Shown here in pieces: positions 16,569 through 25,463 of a stretch of DNA of 64,000 bases. A model generated the notes under the pieces. It worked only from the letters and a program-made list of their open reading frames with translations. It made no database searches and was not told the origin of the DNA. The translations under genes were made by a program, and so were the position numbers. Each line of letters opens with the position of its first letter. Position 1 is the first letter of the stretch. Source of the DNA: Candidatus Saccharimonadia bacterium (GTDB lineage Bacteria; Patescibacteriota; Saccharimonadia; Saccharimonadales; JALRHH01); NCBI GenBank assembly GCA_023253175.1, contig JALRHH010000002.1, positions 64,199 to 128,198 of the forward strand. The letters are read 5' to 3'.

Positions 16569-16645
16569 TGGTCGGGGATAAAGGACTCGAACCTTCGACC
16601 TCGCGGTCCCAAACCGCGCGCGCTAGCCAACTGCGCCAATCCCCG
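16569..16645 (-). tRNA. tRNA-Pro (TGG)
   Basis: Acceptor CGGGGAT/ATCCCCG, D arm GCGC-AGTTGGCTA-GCGC, anticodon arm CGCGG-TTTGGGA-CCGCG (TGG), T arm GAAGG-TTCGAGT-CCTTT, discriminator A, encoded CCA. Confidence 0.9.
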
Positions 16646-16702
16646 AAATTCTGTAGACTTGAGTAATTCTAACAGATAGGCTTATAAATTTCTAGAGGTT
16701 TG

Positions 16703-17269
16703 TTATGCGCGAACTCCAAAGGCCTCAAATGCCATTAATGCGGCTAGTTTTGCATCGTCAAATGGATGATGCTGAGAGAAGCTCGCATCCTTACGAACAT
16801 TTTTACGAATCTGACTCTTGTTCAGCCCAGAATCATGACCTTTTGCGATCAAAATAGAGGTTAAATCGAGGATCGGGAATGGGTGCTGCCAATATCTTTC
16901 ATCCAAATTTGCCTCCTGGCAGTCAATCAAAAAGCGATATTCCACTGGATAGCCATTGCTTACCAGCACATAATCAGATGACTGTTCTGCTGATACATAC
17001 CAGCGCCAAAATGCCTCCCGGATATCTGCATAGCTGCCATGCGTCTCTGGCATGTCCTTGATCGCCGGCAACACATTAGCCTGCACCCATGGATCAACTT
17101 CGCCAATAATAGGACACCTTGCCGTAAATGTGTCGTGAACTTTTCCGTGTCCATCAATCACGACAGCACCAATCGCAAAGGGCGTGCCATGGAGATTATT
17201 TGTCTCTAGATCAAAGCTGAGAATCTTTGTATCCCGAGTGATATTAGGTGTCTTCGCAATTTTAGTCAT
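16703..17269 (-). CDS. DEDDh-type 3'-5' exonuclease (DnaQ-like fold)
   Basis: 188 aa. ILSFDLETNNL (Exo I D-x-E), GYPVEYRFL, C-terminal HHPFDDAKLAA (Exo III H-x4-D). Confidence 0.7.
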   Translation of the reverse strand: MTKIAKTPNITRDTKILSFDLETNNLHGTPFAIGAVVIDGHGKVHDTFTARCPIIGEVDPWVQANVLPAIKDMPETHGSYADIREAFWRWYVSAEQSSDYVLVSNGYPVEYRFLIDCQEANLDERYWQHPFPILDLTSILIAKGHDSGLNKSQIRKNVRKDASFSQHHPFDDAKLAALMAFEAFGVRA

Positions 17270-17288
17270 TATCTATATTCTAAGCGTT

Positions 17289-18203
17289 TTACGTACGTTC
17301 ACCATCACTTTTATCAATAATATTAAGTGTTATACGATTATTAATCTTAGCAATATTCAAAGACACTACTTCCTCAAAACTACTGCCCGCATAGTGTGCG
17401 ATAGCTGCTATTCGAAGAGTTGCCTCAGCGGCGATCTTACCAATTTCGTGGCTGATGTGCTCGCCATTATCATGAGGAATGTATGTTTCACTACCATGGA
17501 GTTGCTCATTAAGACTTCTAAGGGCAGGTATATAAAACTTGAAATTCCAACATAGCTCATGTGTAGGTGATATTTTTTCTGGCTCATATAAATTCATAAC
17601 TGGGCTATGCTGCGGTACAAATCCAGCCCCCACCAAAGCATCAACATCACCAATGTTAAGAGGACCGCGTCGTACAACAAATTTAGCGGCCTCGTCGTAC
17701 CAATCCGGATAGTCAAATGATCCTGACTCTGTATAAATGCGTGTCCCTGTAAGATACGAATAGACCCGGTCCTTTAGGCTGTCACTAATCACTGCTCGCC
17801 CATTACTCGCAAGCGCATTTATGCCCCAGCCGACATCTCCAATCTCTTCGATTAAATGTCTATTGTCACGAGTATCCCGAAACTCTTCAAGTGCTTGCTC
17901 TGCCTCGTCGAGCTCCTCGCCAAGTTTATCGGCAAAGCGAGTGCTCGCAGCTAGCGTGCCATGTGGAACTTTCCAAGCACTTTCGTTCCATGCCTGCAAT
18001 GCATCAAAGCTCATATCGGCAAAGCTAGAAGTCCCATCTAGGCATTTATCTATAGCCTGGGACAAATCAGGCGCAACTCTTGATCGATAGTACAGCCCTG
18101 ATTCTGCAGCTTTTGTATCCTCTCTGCCGCCCTGTGAATATAAGTCAATACCAGGGTAGCCAAACGGAAAAAACTGCTCGCCGCTGCGATTAAACTGTGT
18201 CAT
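17289..18203 (-). CDS. MazG-like nucleoside triphosphate pyrophosphohydrolase-fold protein
   Basis: 304 aa. LGEELDEAEQALEEF ... HLIEEIGDVGWGINALA (E-x-x-E ... E-x-x-D) and a second helical half ending IAKINNR. Confidence 0.55.
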   Translation of the reverse strand: MTQFNRSGEQFFPFGYPGIDLYSQGGREDTKAAESGLYYRSRVAPDLSQAIDKCLDGTSSFADMSFDALQAWNESAWKVPHGTLAASTRFADKLGEELDEAEQALEEFRDTRDNRHLIEEIGDVGWGINALASNGRAVISDSLKDRVYSYLTGTRIYTESGSFDYPDWYDEAAKFVVRRGPLNIGDVDALVGAGFVPQHSPVMNLYEPEKISPTHELCWNFKFYIPALRSLNEQLHGSETYIPHDNGEHISHEIGKIAAEATLRIAAIAHYAGSSFEEVVSLNIAKINNRITLNIIDKSDGERT

Positions 18204-18230
18204 AATTTATATATTATACAATATTTGTAT

Positions 18231-18869
18231 CTATAAATCTACTTTTATAGATACACCATCAGTTGGTCGCAGGAATTGAGTGGGGCCATCTTTGAATATA
18301 GCCTCAAGGCGGCCGTATGCGTCCTCGCGCCATACATCATTCCACATCCAGTCATGAATGGGTAGAACGTATTTGGGCTGCAGTTTTTTTACGACCTCTA
18401 TGGCGTTGATTGTTGTACCCCATGGGGCTTGAAACGGCATAAAAAGTATCGGATTTGTCTTTTTAATATCATGTGTATCACCTGGATGAGTAATCACGCC
18501 GTCCCAATTTGTCTGCAAATTCTGCACCTGTTTGCCAAATGGCTCAACTGGCGCATGATTACCCTGCTCTACCTGAAAATTATCCAATGACGTGTTGGAC
18601 ACATGGATAACACCCCACGCCTTCAGCGTCTCATGAGCATCCAATGGCGCGAACCACTGAACCTGCGGATACTTTATGGCTAGTGCACGAACAAATGGTT
18701 CACCGCAGTGATCTGGATGCGCATGACTCACGACCACAGCATCAAGCTGCGGCAAATTGGCAACGGAAACAAGGCCACTGTTCCAGCTGAATATACCTGG
18801 ATCAAACAGTACATTCCCATTCTCTGATTCGACTAAAACACAAGAATGAACAAGCTTGGTTATTTTCAT
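18231..18869 (-). CDS. MBL-fold metallo-hydrolase
   Basis: 212 aa. VVVSHAHPDHCG (H-x-H-x-D-H) and later His/Asp ligands. Confidence 0.75.
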   Translation of the reverse strand: MKITKLVHSCVLVESENGNVLFDPGIFSWNSGLVSVANLPQLDAVVVSHAHPDHCGEPFVRALAIKYPQVQWFAPLDAHETLKAWGVIHVSNTSLDNFQVEQGNHAPVEPFGKQVQNLQTNWDGVITHPGDTHDIKKTNPILFMPFQAPWGTTINAIEVVKKLQPKYVLPIHDWMWNDVWREDAYGRLEAIFKDGPTQFLRPTDGVSIKVDL

Positions 18870-18886
18870 CTATCTCTCCTCATAGC

Positions 18887-19570
18887 CTATAATAATTCTC
18901 TCCAGGAAGATATTATGTATTTAGGCGCATGACTTTTGAGCTCCCTAAAATCATGGAATTTCTTATGTTCGGGTGGTGCAAAAAGAAGGCTATCAATGTT
19001 TGCATTTCTTGCTGCGAGCAGGTCCTTTTCAGAATCGCCCAGCATCAAGGTTCGGCCAGGACTAGTATCGAGCAGGAGCATTGCTCTGTGCAAAGCTTCC
19101 GGGCTAGGTTTCTGTTCCTTCATCTCATCCCCGCATATAACTACATCAAATACATCCTCAAGCTTATTCGCACCAATTATGATATCTACTGTTCGCCTTA
19201 CTGTAGCGGTGACCAGAGCAAGCTTTTTGCCTTGTGACTTCAGGTCGTATAGGAATTCCTCGGCCCCTTCATATAACCCTACGTATTTCATAGACTCTTG
19301 GGCGGCATCATCCCACGACGCAAAGATAGATAATAAAGCGCTTTCAGGAACACCTAAATCCACCAAGCCTTCTCTGGAATTACCAAAGACCTTTCTAATA
19401 ATGGTCTTCCGTTCGGCAGATATACCATACTCCCCAAGAGTACTCTGAACTATCCCTAGCCAGACCTCAAAGGTGTCACAAACAGTACCATCCATATCAA
19501 AAAGGTAGGTATCGTAGTTGGCTACTAGCCTACTTGGCGAATTCGATGGCGCGGGTTTCACGGATGACAT
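18887..19570 (-). CDS. HAD-superfamily hydrolase (phosphatase/beta-PGM-like)
   Basis: YLFDMDGTVCDT (DxDGT), VTATVR, GDSEKD. The ORF track extends to 19825, but that extension overlaps rny. ATG 19570 (MSSVKP..) is the last start that keeps motif I. The start is uncertain. Confidence 0.7.
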   Translation of the reverse strand: MSSVKPAPSNSPSRLVANYDTYLFDMDGTVCDTFEVWLGIVQSTLGEYGISAERKTIIRKVFGNSREGLVDLGVPESALLSIFASWDDAAQESMKYVGLYEGAEEFLYDLKSQGKKLALVTATVRRTVDIIIGANKLEDVFDVVICGDEMKEQKPSPEALHRAMLLLDTSPGRTLMLGDSEKDLLAARNANIDSLLFAPPEHKKFHDFRELKSHAPKYIISSWRELL

Positions 19571-21044
19571 TAACCTTGATGGTACCTGGGTACTGCATGG
19601 TGCTTTCAATCTTGGTCGCGATATCACGCGCAAGCTTGATAGCCGTGAGGTCATCAACTGCACCAGGCTTAACAAACACACGAACTTCACGTCCGGCGCT
19701 GATAGCATAGGATTTATCGATTCCAGGGAAGCCGTTTGCAATGTTTTCAAGATCACGCATACGCTCTGCAAAGTTTTCCGCACTAATATTTCGTGCGCCC
19801 GGACGGGAAGCACTGATTGCGTCAACCACGCGGATGATAAGAGCTTCCGTGCTGGTTGCTTCTACGTCATCGTGATGCTGCTCTGCAGCAAGTGCAACTT
19901 CTTCAGGAGCACCGTACTTACGGAGCATCTCACCGCTGATGTGGTGATGTTTGCCTTCCATTTTGTGTGTCAAAGCTTTGCCGAGATCATGCACAAGGGC
20001 AGCGTACTTAGAAGTCTTTACGTTAGCGCCAACTTGCTCGGCAATGATACCGGCCATGTGTGCCATTTCGGTGCTGTGCTTAAGCACATTCTGGCCATAG
20101 CTCGTACGATACTTCAGCTCACCGAGTAGGTGCAGAACCTCTTTTGGAATACCGATAATACCGACTTCGCGGGCAGCATCTTCACCAGCACGCATAACAT
20201 CTTTTTCGACATTTTTTTGTGCCTTTTCAACGATTTCTTCGATACGACCTGGATGAATACGTCCATCCTTCATAAGCATCTCAAGTGTCTGGCGAGCCAC
20301 TTCACGGCGGACCGGATCAAAGCTGCTGAGAATAATCATGCCGGGAGTATCATCAACCATAATATCGACACCCGTTGCACGCTGCAGTGCCTGGATATTA
20401 CGGCCTTCCTTACCGATAATACGGCCCTTCATTTCGTCGTCAGTGAGTTTAACTGAAGCAACCGTGCGGTCAGCAGTTACTTCACTGGCCATGCGCTCCA
20501 TTGCCTCTACGAGCACAGCGCCGGCCTTCTCCTCAGCGAGTTCTTTTGCTTCGTTCTGAAGCTTGTTTACGAGCCCAGTTAGATCGTTACGGATATCGCG
20601 TTCTGTCATCTGCATAAGCTTTTCAGCTGCATCGGTCTTGCTGAGTTTAGAAATCTTTTCAAGCTTTTCCTGCTGGCGAACGCGAATGTCACGAATTTCG
20701 TTCTTGAGTCCTTCGACCTCGTCCTCAGCCTTGCGTAGTGACTGAGCTCGCTTATCGATGTCATCAAGCTTTTTATCAAGCGCAACTTCGCGGTCAAGCA
20801 AACGCTGCTCGAGATCCTTGAGCTCTTTGCGGCGAGTTTTCTCTAGCTGGCGAGCTTCCTCATTTGCCTTATTTACCTCTTCCCTGGCCTCTTGAACCAG
20901 CTTATCGGCCGCTTTTTTAGCTTTTGCGAGTTCTTTGTCTGCCTGTTCTTGAGCTGAGCCAAGCTTGCGCTTTGATGTCGCAGTGCTTGCCCCAAATCCA
21001 ACAGCAATACCGGCTAAGGCCAGTAGTAAGGTGATTGGTTCCAT
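19530..21044 (-). CDS. rny: Ribonuclease Y
   Basis: 504 aa. N-terminal TM, long coiled coil, KH domain (GRIIGKEGRNIQAL), HD domain (LVHDLGK). Confidence 0.9.
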   Translation of the reverse strand: MEPITLLLALAGIAVGFGASTATSKRKLGSAQEQADKELAKAKKAADKLVQEAREEVNKANEEARQLEKTRRKELKDLEQRLLDREVALDKKLDDIDKRAQSLRKAEDEVEGLKNEIRDIRVRQQEKLEKISKLSKTDAAEKLMQMTERDIRNDLTGLVNKLQNEAKELAEEKAGAVLVEAMERMASEVTADRTVASVKLTDDEMKGRIIGKEGRNIQALQRATGVDIMVDDTPGMIILSSFDPVRREVARQTLEMLMKDGRIHPGRIEEIVEKAQKNVEKDVMRAGEDAAREVGIIGIPKEVLHLLGELKYRTSYGQNVLKHSTEMAHMAGIIAEQVGANVKTSKYAALVHDLGKALTHKMEGKHHHISGEMLRKYGAPEEVALAAEQHHDDVEATSTEALIIRVVDAISASRPGARNISAENFAERMRDLENIANGFPGIDKSYAISAGREVRVFVKPGAVDDLTAIKLARDIATKIESTMQYPGTIKVNVIRETRAIEFAK

Positions 21045-21169
21045 GATGTACCTCTTATCTGGTACTAAGAATTCCGTGTGTTGGCGATCACTATCACTTC
21101 ATTAGCCAAAGGGTAATTCTTAGAAATTCAAAAATTTTTGTAGTATCGGAAGAATAACTTGAAGTATCA

Positions 21170-21350
21170 GTATCTATCCTCTCTTAACTATACAAGCATC
21201 GTGCAGAAAAACGAAGCTCGCTTCAGTTTTCCGAACGATGCGCCGTAACCCAAAGGGTATACAAGCAAAGCGGAGGAAAATGAAGTTCACTTCAATTTTC
21301 TGAGCATTGTGCAGTAACCGAAGGTATACAGGCAGCACGCAGGAAGTTAA
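21170..21350. repeat. Tandem ~67-69-bp repeat array (about 2.5 units), same family as 13160-13400
   Basis: Anchors tatacaag at 21189 and 21258, tatacagg at 21325. tgcgccgtaacccaaagggtatacaagc and hairpin ggaaaatgaagttcacttcaattttc match the 13.2-kb array. Confidence 0.7.
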
Positions 21351-21353
21351 AGT

Positions 21354-22304
21354 TTATTTATCCTGCTGGACCGCAAAAACAATAATACGTTTTTCTGTGC
21401 CGCTAAATTTGTTGAGTGTCGTCACGAGATTAAGCCCTTTCTTAGCCGGGTCAATAGACGAAATTGCCGCACTCATATCGATCTGACCGCCGGTATATTC
21501 TTGAATTCGCTCTACCGCGTACGTAATTACATGGCCATCACCACGCTCTATAATAATTTCATCGCCAACATGGAGCGCTTGGATGTCGGTAAAAATACCC
21601 ATTTTTGTAGGACCCGCCAGGTGACCATTCAAAAGCACCGCTCCGTCTGCACCCGGACGACTACTGCCCTCGTACCACCCGACATCATTAATATTTTTTG
21701 GAGCAATTGGTTCACCGCTCAGTGTCGTACCAACCTGTCGAATACGTGCAGCAATCTGAAGATTCGGAATTTTAAGTGTCTTTGGCGCATCAGCAGCCAC
21801 AACATTTGATTCGATTTCCGCCTCAGATACCGGCGATTCATCAAGCGTTGCCATTTCCTTGGACACAGGTTCAACCGAATTAACTGCCTCATTCTTTTGC
21901 TTAAAGAATTCAAGATCAAACGGCAACGCCTCTCTGAATGACCATACAACCACACAAAACGCGCCAATAACCGCGAATGCAAAGATGTACCACAGAAAAT
22001 GCAGACTGCGCTCTTTTTTAACCTTAGCTTTTTGCTCTTTTGCACGCTCTACCATCTGACGGCGGAGAACCATTGACCGCTTTGTTCGGGCCATAGCAGG
22101 CTTAACACTTGATACTTGGCGAGGTACGTTCGCTTTAGGCACACTGGCACTATCTACATGGCTAGCTTTAGGCGGCTGGCTACTCGAATGACTTCGATGA
22201 GGAGCACTTATATCTCCTCCGGCACGAGCAAGCGGACTATGTGATACATAGCGGCGACCCGGCTCTCTTCTCGTAACTCTTGTGTGTTTTGTTGGCTCTT
22301 GCAT
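21354..22304 (-). CDS. Class F sortase-like protein lacking the catalytic cysteine (Thr at the Cys position)
   Basis: GGTGGAG RBS before ATG 22304. Basic N-terminus, TM (FLWYIFAFAVIGAFCVVVW), then LKIPNLQIAARI, DVGWYEGSSRPGADGAVLLNGHLAG, HVGDEIIIERGDGHVITYAV, LNLVTTLNKF (expected L-x-L-[IV]-T-C), EKRIIVFA. Confidence 0.6.
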   Translation of the reverse strand: MQEPTKHTRVTRREPGRRYVSHSPLARAGGDISAPHRSHSSSQPPKASHVDSASVPKANVPRQVSSVKPAMARTKRSMVLRRQMVERAKEQKAKVKKERSLHFLWYIFAFAVIGAFCVVVWSFREALPFDLEFFKQKNEAVNSVEPVSKEMATLDESPVSEAEIESNVVAADAPKTLKIPNLQIAARIRQVGTTLSGEPIAPKNINDVGWYEGSSRPGADGAVLLNGHLAGPTKMGIFTDIQALHVGDEIIIERGDGHVITYAVERIQEYTGGQIDMSAAISSIDPAKKGLNLVTTLNKFSGTEKRIIVFAVQQDK

Positions 22305-22352
22305 TACTCCACCTAGCAGGCACAAAGACTCTTTTGCTAACTCTACTATACA

Positions 22353-22745
22353 CTACTTCTTCTGCGGCGTAATATGGACGTCGGCACCATATTCTGGAAC
22401 CACAAACTGCTCTGACTGGCCATCAAGTAATCTTTTGATGGCAGACATCTGCCAGTCTTCGCCCGTCTCGCCTACAATTGGCAGCGCGTAACTTGCGGCC
22501 AACGCATTTGCGACTGACAGGCCAATACGCAGACCCGTAAAACTACCCGGGCCATTATATGCCGCAACCGCCCCGATATCCTCGAGCGTATAGCCTTGAG
22601 CTGTTAGCATATCTACTAACTTTTGGTGAATTGTTTCGGCCAGTTGGCGGTGGGCCTGCCACGACTCGTAAAACACCTGGTCCGTTTCGTTATAGAGACC
22701 AATTTCAGATTCAGGCTTGTCGGTTCGGATAGTAAGTATTAGCAT
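22353..22745 (-). CDS. tsaB: tRNA t6A biosynthesis protein TsaB (short form)
   Basis: 130 aa. GPGSFTGLRIGLSVANALA motif. Much shorter than the ~230 aa typical TsaB. Confidence 0.75.
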   Translation of the reverse strand: MLILTIRTDKPESEIGLYNETDQVFYESWQAHRQLAETIHQKLVDMLTAQGYTLEDIGAVAAYNGPGSFTGLRIGLSVANALAASYALPIVGETGEDWQMSAIKRLLDGQSEQFVVPEYGADVHITPQKK

Positions 22746-23203
22746 AGATCCTCCAGTAAATACGAGAGTTCTTCGGGATAGGTTACTTTCAAAGTACGCC
22801 CCTCATCACCAGTTCGTGAAATTTCAATATTCACCTTATTACTTGGCAAAACATGTTCAACTGCACCGCCCCACTCGACCACAATTACTACCTGCGGATC
22901 ACCAATTAAATCCTCTACTTCATGTGCAATCAGGCCAGCATCGGGTAATCTGTAAAAATCAAAGTGGTATATCTCAAACTGAGGTGCAGCATACACCTTA
23001 CTGATTGTAAAAGTTGGGCTGGCGACTACATCATTGCTGCCTGCACCCTTTGCGAGTCCCCTCGTAAACGTCGTCTTACCACCCCCGAGATCACTCGACA
23101 GTTCAATGATTTCGCCGCCCCGAAGCCGGGCACCGATAGATGAGGCGATTTGTTCCGTCTTTTCAGTGCCATCAGATGAAAGCACCAACTCTTTTGTATT
23201 CAT
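22739..23203 (-). CDS. tsaE: tRNA t6A biosynthesis ATPase TsaE
   Basis: 154 aa. LSSDLGGGKTTFTRGLAKG P-loop, SPTFTI, HFDFYRL. Confidence 0.85.
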   Translation of the reverse strand: MNTKELVLSSDGTEKTEQIASSIGARLRGGEIIELSSDLGGGKTTFTRGLAKGAGSNDVVASPTFTISKVYAAPQFEIYHFDFYRLPDAGLIAHEVEDLIGDPQVVIVVEWGGAVEHVLPSNKVNIEISRTGDEGRTLKVTYPEELSYLLEDLC

Positions 23204-23396
23204 TACTCATATACTACATAAGCCGTGTATGCCGCGGCAAGCAAAAGAGGTATCACCGCGCAGCAGGCAAGCATACTTTTGTTCCGTTTTTATCTATACG
23301 ACGACGCTATAGCGCTTGCGCGCTGAAACCTGCGGTGCTCAGAAAAGATGAGCAAGCTCCTCTTTTCTTCCGCTCCTAGGTTATAATAAGCACATT

Positions 23397-23921
23397 ATGT
23401 TAAAGCTTAGTGGATCACTCGTGAATCAGCCCGTTGTCAGCCTGAGGACCGGCGGTACAATCGCCCGAACCGAAGCCGCAATCATCAATCCTCATAATCT
23501 TAAAATTGAGGGCTTTTATTGTATCGATTCACGCAGTAGGCAGCGTCTGATACTACTCACGCAAGATATTCGCGACATAATTCCGGCAGGTATTGTCGTG
23601 GACGATTATGATGTGCTTTCAGAACCGGACGAACTTATAAGATTACAGAGCGTCATAGAGCTGCGCTATGAATTAGTTGGGAAGCCTGTTCAGACCGCCA
23701 AAAAGCACAAGCTCGGTAAGGTTAATGACTACGCGGTAGATGACCAGGCCTTCTTTATTCAAAAACTGTATGTTGAACGATCCCTACTCAAAAGCCTGAG
23801 TAGCGATCAGCTAGCCATTGATCGGACAGAAATTGTAGAGGTGACCGATCGACGCGTTATTATCAAAGAGATAGAGAAAACCAGTAAGTCAGGCCTGACC
23901 GCACCAGCGCCTGCTATATGA
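23397..23921 (+). CDS. PRC-barrel domain protein (two PRC-like halves)
   Basis: 174 aa. LVNQPVVSLRTGGTIARTEAAIINPHNLKIEGFYC and LVGKPVQTAKKHKLGKVNDYAVDD resemble PRC-barrel/YlmC-type repeats. TATAAT sits 9 nt before the ATG with no RBS, so the mRNA may be leaderless. Confidence 0.45.
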   Translation: MLKLSGSLVNQPVVSLRTGGTIARTEAAIINPHNLKIEGFYCIDSRSRQRLILLTQDIRDIIPAGIVVDDYDVLSEPDELIRLQSVIELRYELVGKPVQTAKKHKLGKVNDYAVDDQAFFIQKLYVERSLLKSLSSDQLAIDRTEIVEVTDRRVIIKEIEKTSKSGLTAPAPAI

Positions 23922-24348
23922 TAGTGCGCTGTTTATAGCGAGCATACCGGCGTCCAAGTTTTGCCTTTAGGACACGCTCTTCTCGTCTAATTCTTACCAC
24001 CATAAATGCAACAAGTGCCGCAAATGGCACGAGAATAATTGGCGTCCAAATAAGTATAAATACCGTAAATCCCAAGAATGCTAGCGTCGACGCATAGTAG
24101 ATAGGATGGCGAACCTCGCCGTAAAGCCCGGACGTAATCAAGCGGTCTTCGGCCGGCGCATCGCCGAGCTGAAGCCGAGCAATAATCCACAGAACGCACA
24201 TGACAAAGGTAAAGAGCGCGCAAATTACGCGCAGCGGTGTACTGCCAGCCAAAAAGATTGCAAGCACAAAGAAGCCAAAATAACCAAACAAAGCTGCCAC
24301 CGGCATAAAGATCTTCAATCTGGTGGTTGGCTTAAACGGTTCGCTCAT
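23914..24348 (-). CDS. Isoprenylcysteine carboxyl / phospholipid methyltransferase family membrane protein
   Basis: 144 aa, 4 TM. LITSGLYGEVRHPIYYASTLAFLG signature. Confidence 0.65.
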   Translation of the reverse strand: MSEPFKPTTRLKIFMPVAALFGYFGFFVLAIFLAGSTPLRVICALFTFVMCVLWIIARLQLGDAPAEDRLITSGLYGEVRHPIYYASTLAFLGFTVFILIWTPIILVPFAALVAFMVVRIRREERVLKAKLGRRYARYKQRTII

Positions 24349-24377
24349 TACACGTGATTGTATACATAAACGTGTTG

Positions 24378-24983
24378 CTACTCAACAGATTCTGATAGGA
24401 CACTTTTGATATCATCGTAGCCGTAGCCTTGGCGGGCCAGGTATTGCATGAGCTTCAGTTGGTCAGGATATCGACCACGTTTCTTTTCTACCAATTGTCG
24501 GAGCACCTCGCATTCGTCGGTATCTTCCTTGTCTTCCGCAAGGACTTTATCAATAATATCGGTGCTGATCCTTTTTTGTCTAAGTTCCTGCGACAGGCGT
24601 CGACGACTTGTTGCCTTGAGTAAGCGGCGATTTTCTACCCAGCGCCTTGCAAACTGCTCGTCATTGACATAACCATTAACGCTTAACTTGTTAAGTATCC
24701 TGTCAGAAATCTCTGGGGGGCAGTCTTTCCTTTTCAGGTAATCACGTAGCTCCCACTCGCTACGTAACCTAAAGCTTAACAAGTTAAGCGTTTTATCAAA
24801 CCACTTACCAAACGCCGATTCATCCTGATAGGATGCCAGTTCTTCCTCTGTTAATTCCTGTCCGGAATGGAGCCCTAGCTTCAAAAGCTCATGCTCTCCC
24901 AATGAGAAAGAATACCTCCCGTCCAAGTAAATTGAATACCGGTCAGCTCGCTTAACCTGCTGTTTGATCTGCGTAATCTTCAT
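24378..24983 (-). CDS. recX: RecA regulator RecX
   Basis: 201 aa. Three-helix repeats; position downstream of recA; YSIYLDG..FSL start typical of RecX. Confidence 0.7.
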   Translation of the reverse strand: MKITQIKQQVKRADRYSIYLDGRYSFSLGEHELLKLGLHSGQELTEEELASYQDESAFGKWFDKTLNLLSFRLRSEWELRDYLKRKDCPPEISDRILNKLSVNGYVNDEQFARRWVENRRLLKATSRRRLSQELRQKRISTDIIDKVLAEDKEDTDECEVLRQLVEKKRGRYPDQLKLMQYLARQGYGYDDIKSVLSESVE

Positions 24984-24986
24984 AAT

Positions 24987-25454
24987 CTAGCGAGATGGAA
25001 CCCAGAAATGTGTATCTGGGTCGCCGTCTTGACCGTACACAAGACCGACGGTCATACCAGGAACTTCGGGCAGTGGCGCCTGCCGACGTAGATCTTGCAT
25101 GAAAGTATCCTGAGTCTTCCCCGTAACCCCGGAATAAGTAGCTTCTACTAGAGTACTACTTACGCCCTCACTGGTTGCCTCTATAGTCACAAAATGCCCC
25201 ACCGTCCTAGCAGCCTCATGGAAGCGCAGCGCATAACGTAAGTCCGGATCTTCGAGATTATCTATCTCGCTTGTCGCGATTCTTGTTATTGACGGCTGAA
25301 TGCTCCTGTCGTTATATACGAACTCTTTGCGGAAAATCGCTCTGCGCAAGAATCGACTGCGTGACTGTACTTGCTTGACATTCATCCACCATACTTCTCT
25401 ATTTTCCCTGATTGGTATAGGTAGCATGAGTTGTTCTGATTCTTGATCTGTCAT
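24987..25454 (-). CDS. Hypothetical protein inserted between recA and recX
   Basis: 155 aa. Tight spacing (9 nt after recA, 3 nt before recX). No motif recognised. Confidence 0.5.
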   Translation of the reverse strand: MTDQESEQLMLPIPIRENREVWWMNVKQVQSRSRFLRRAIFRKEFVYNDRSIQPSITRIATSEIDNLEDPDLRYALRFHEAARTVGHFVTIEATSEGVSSTLVEATYSGVTGKTQDTFMQDLRRQAPLPEVPGMTVGLVYGQDGDPDTHFWVPSR

Positions 25455-25463
25455 CGTAAGTCT

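Noticed and set aside
18887-19825. Full 312-aa extent of the HAD hydrolase ORF
   Set aside because: The first ~85 codons overlap the 3' end of rny on the same strand in another frame and are S/L/R-rich. The HAD fold begins at DMDGT, so a start near 19570 is used, with uncertainty.
19518-20129. 203-aa plus-strand ORF, and other antisense ORFs inside rny, recA, dnaK, dnaJ, the surface-protein gene and pil genes
   Set aside because: All lie opposite confidently identified genes. They lack RBS or motifs and have skewed composition.
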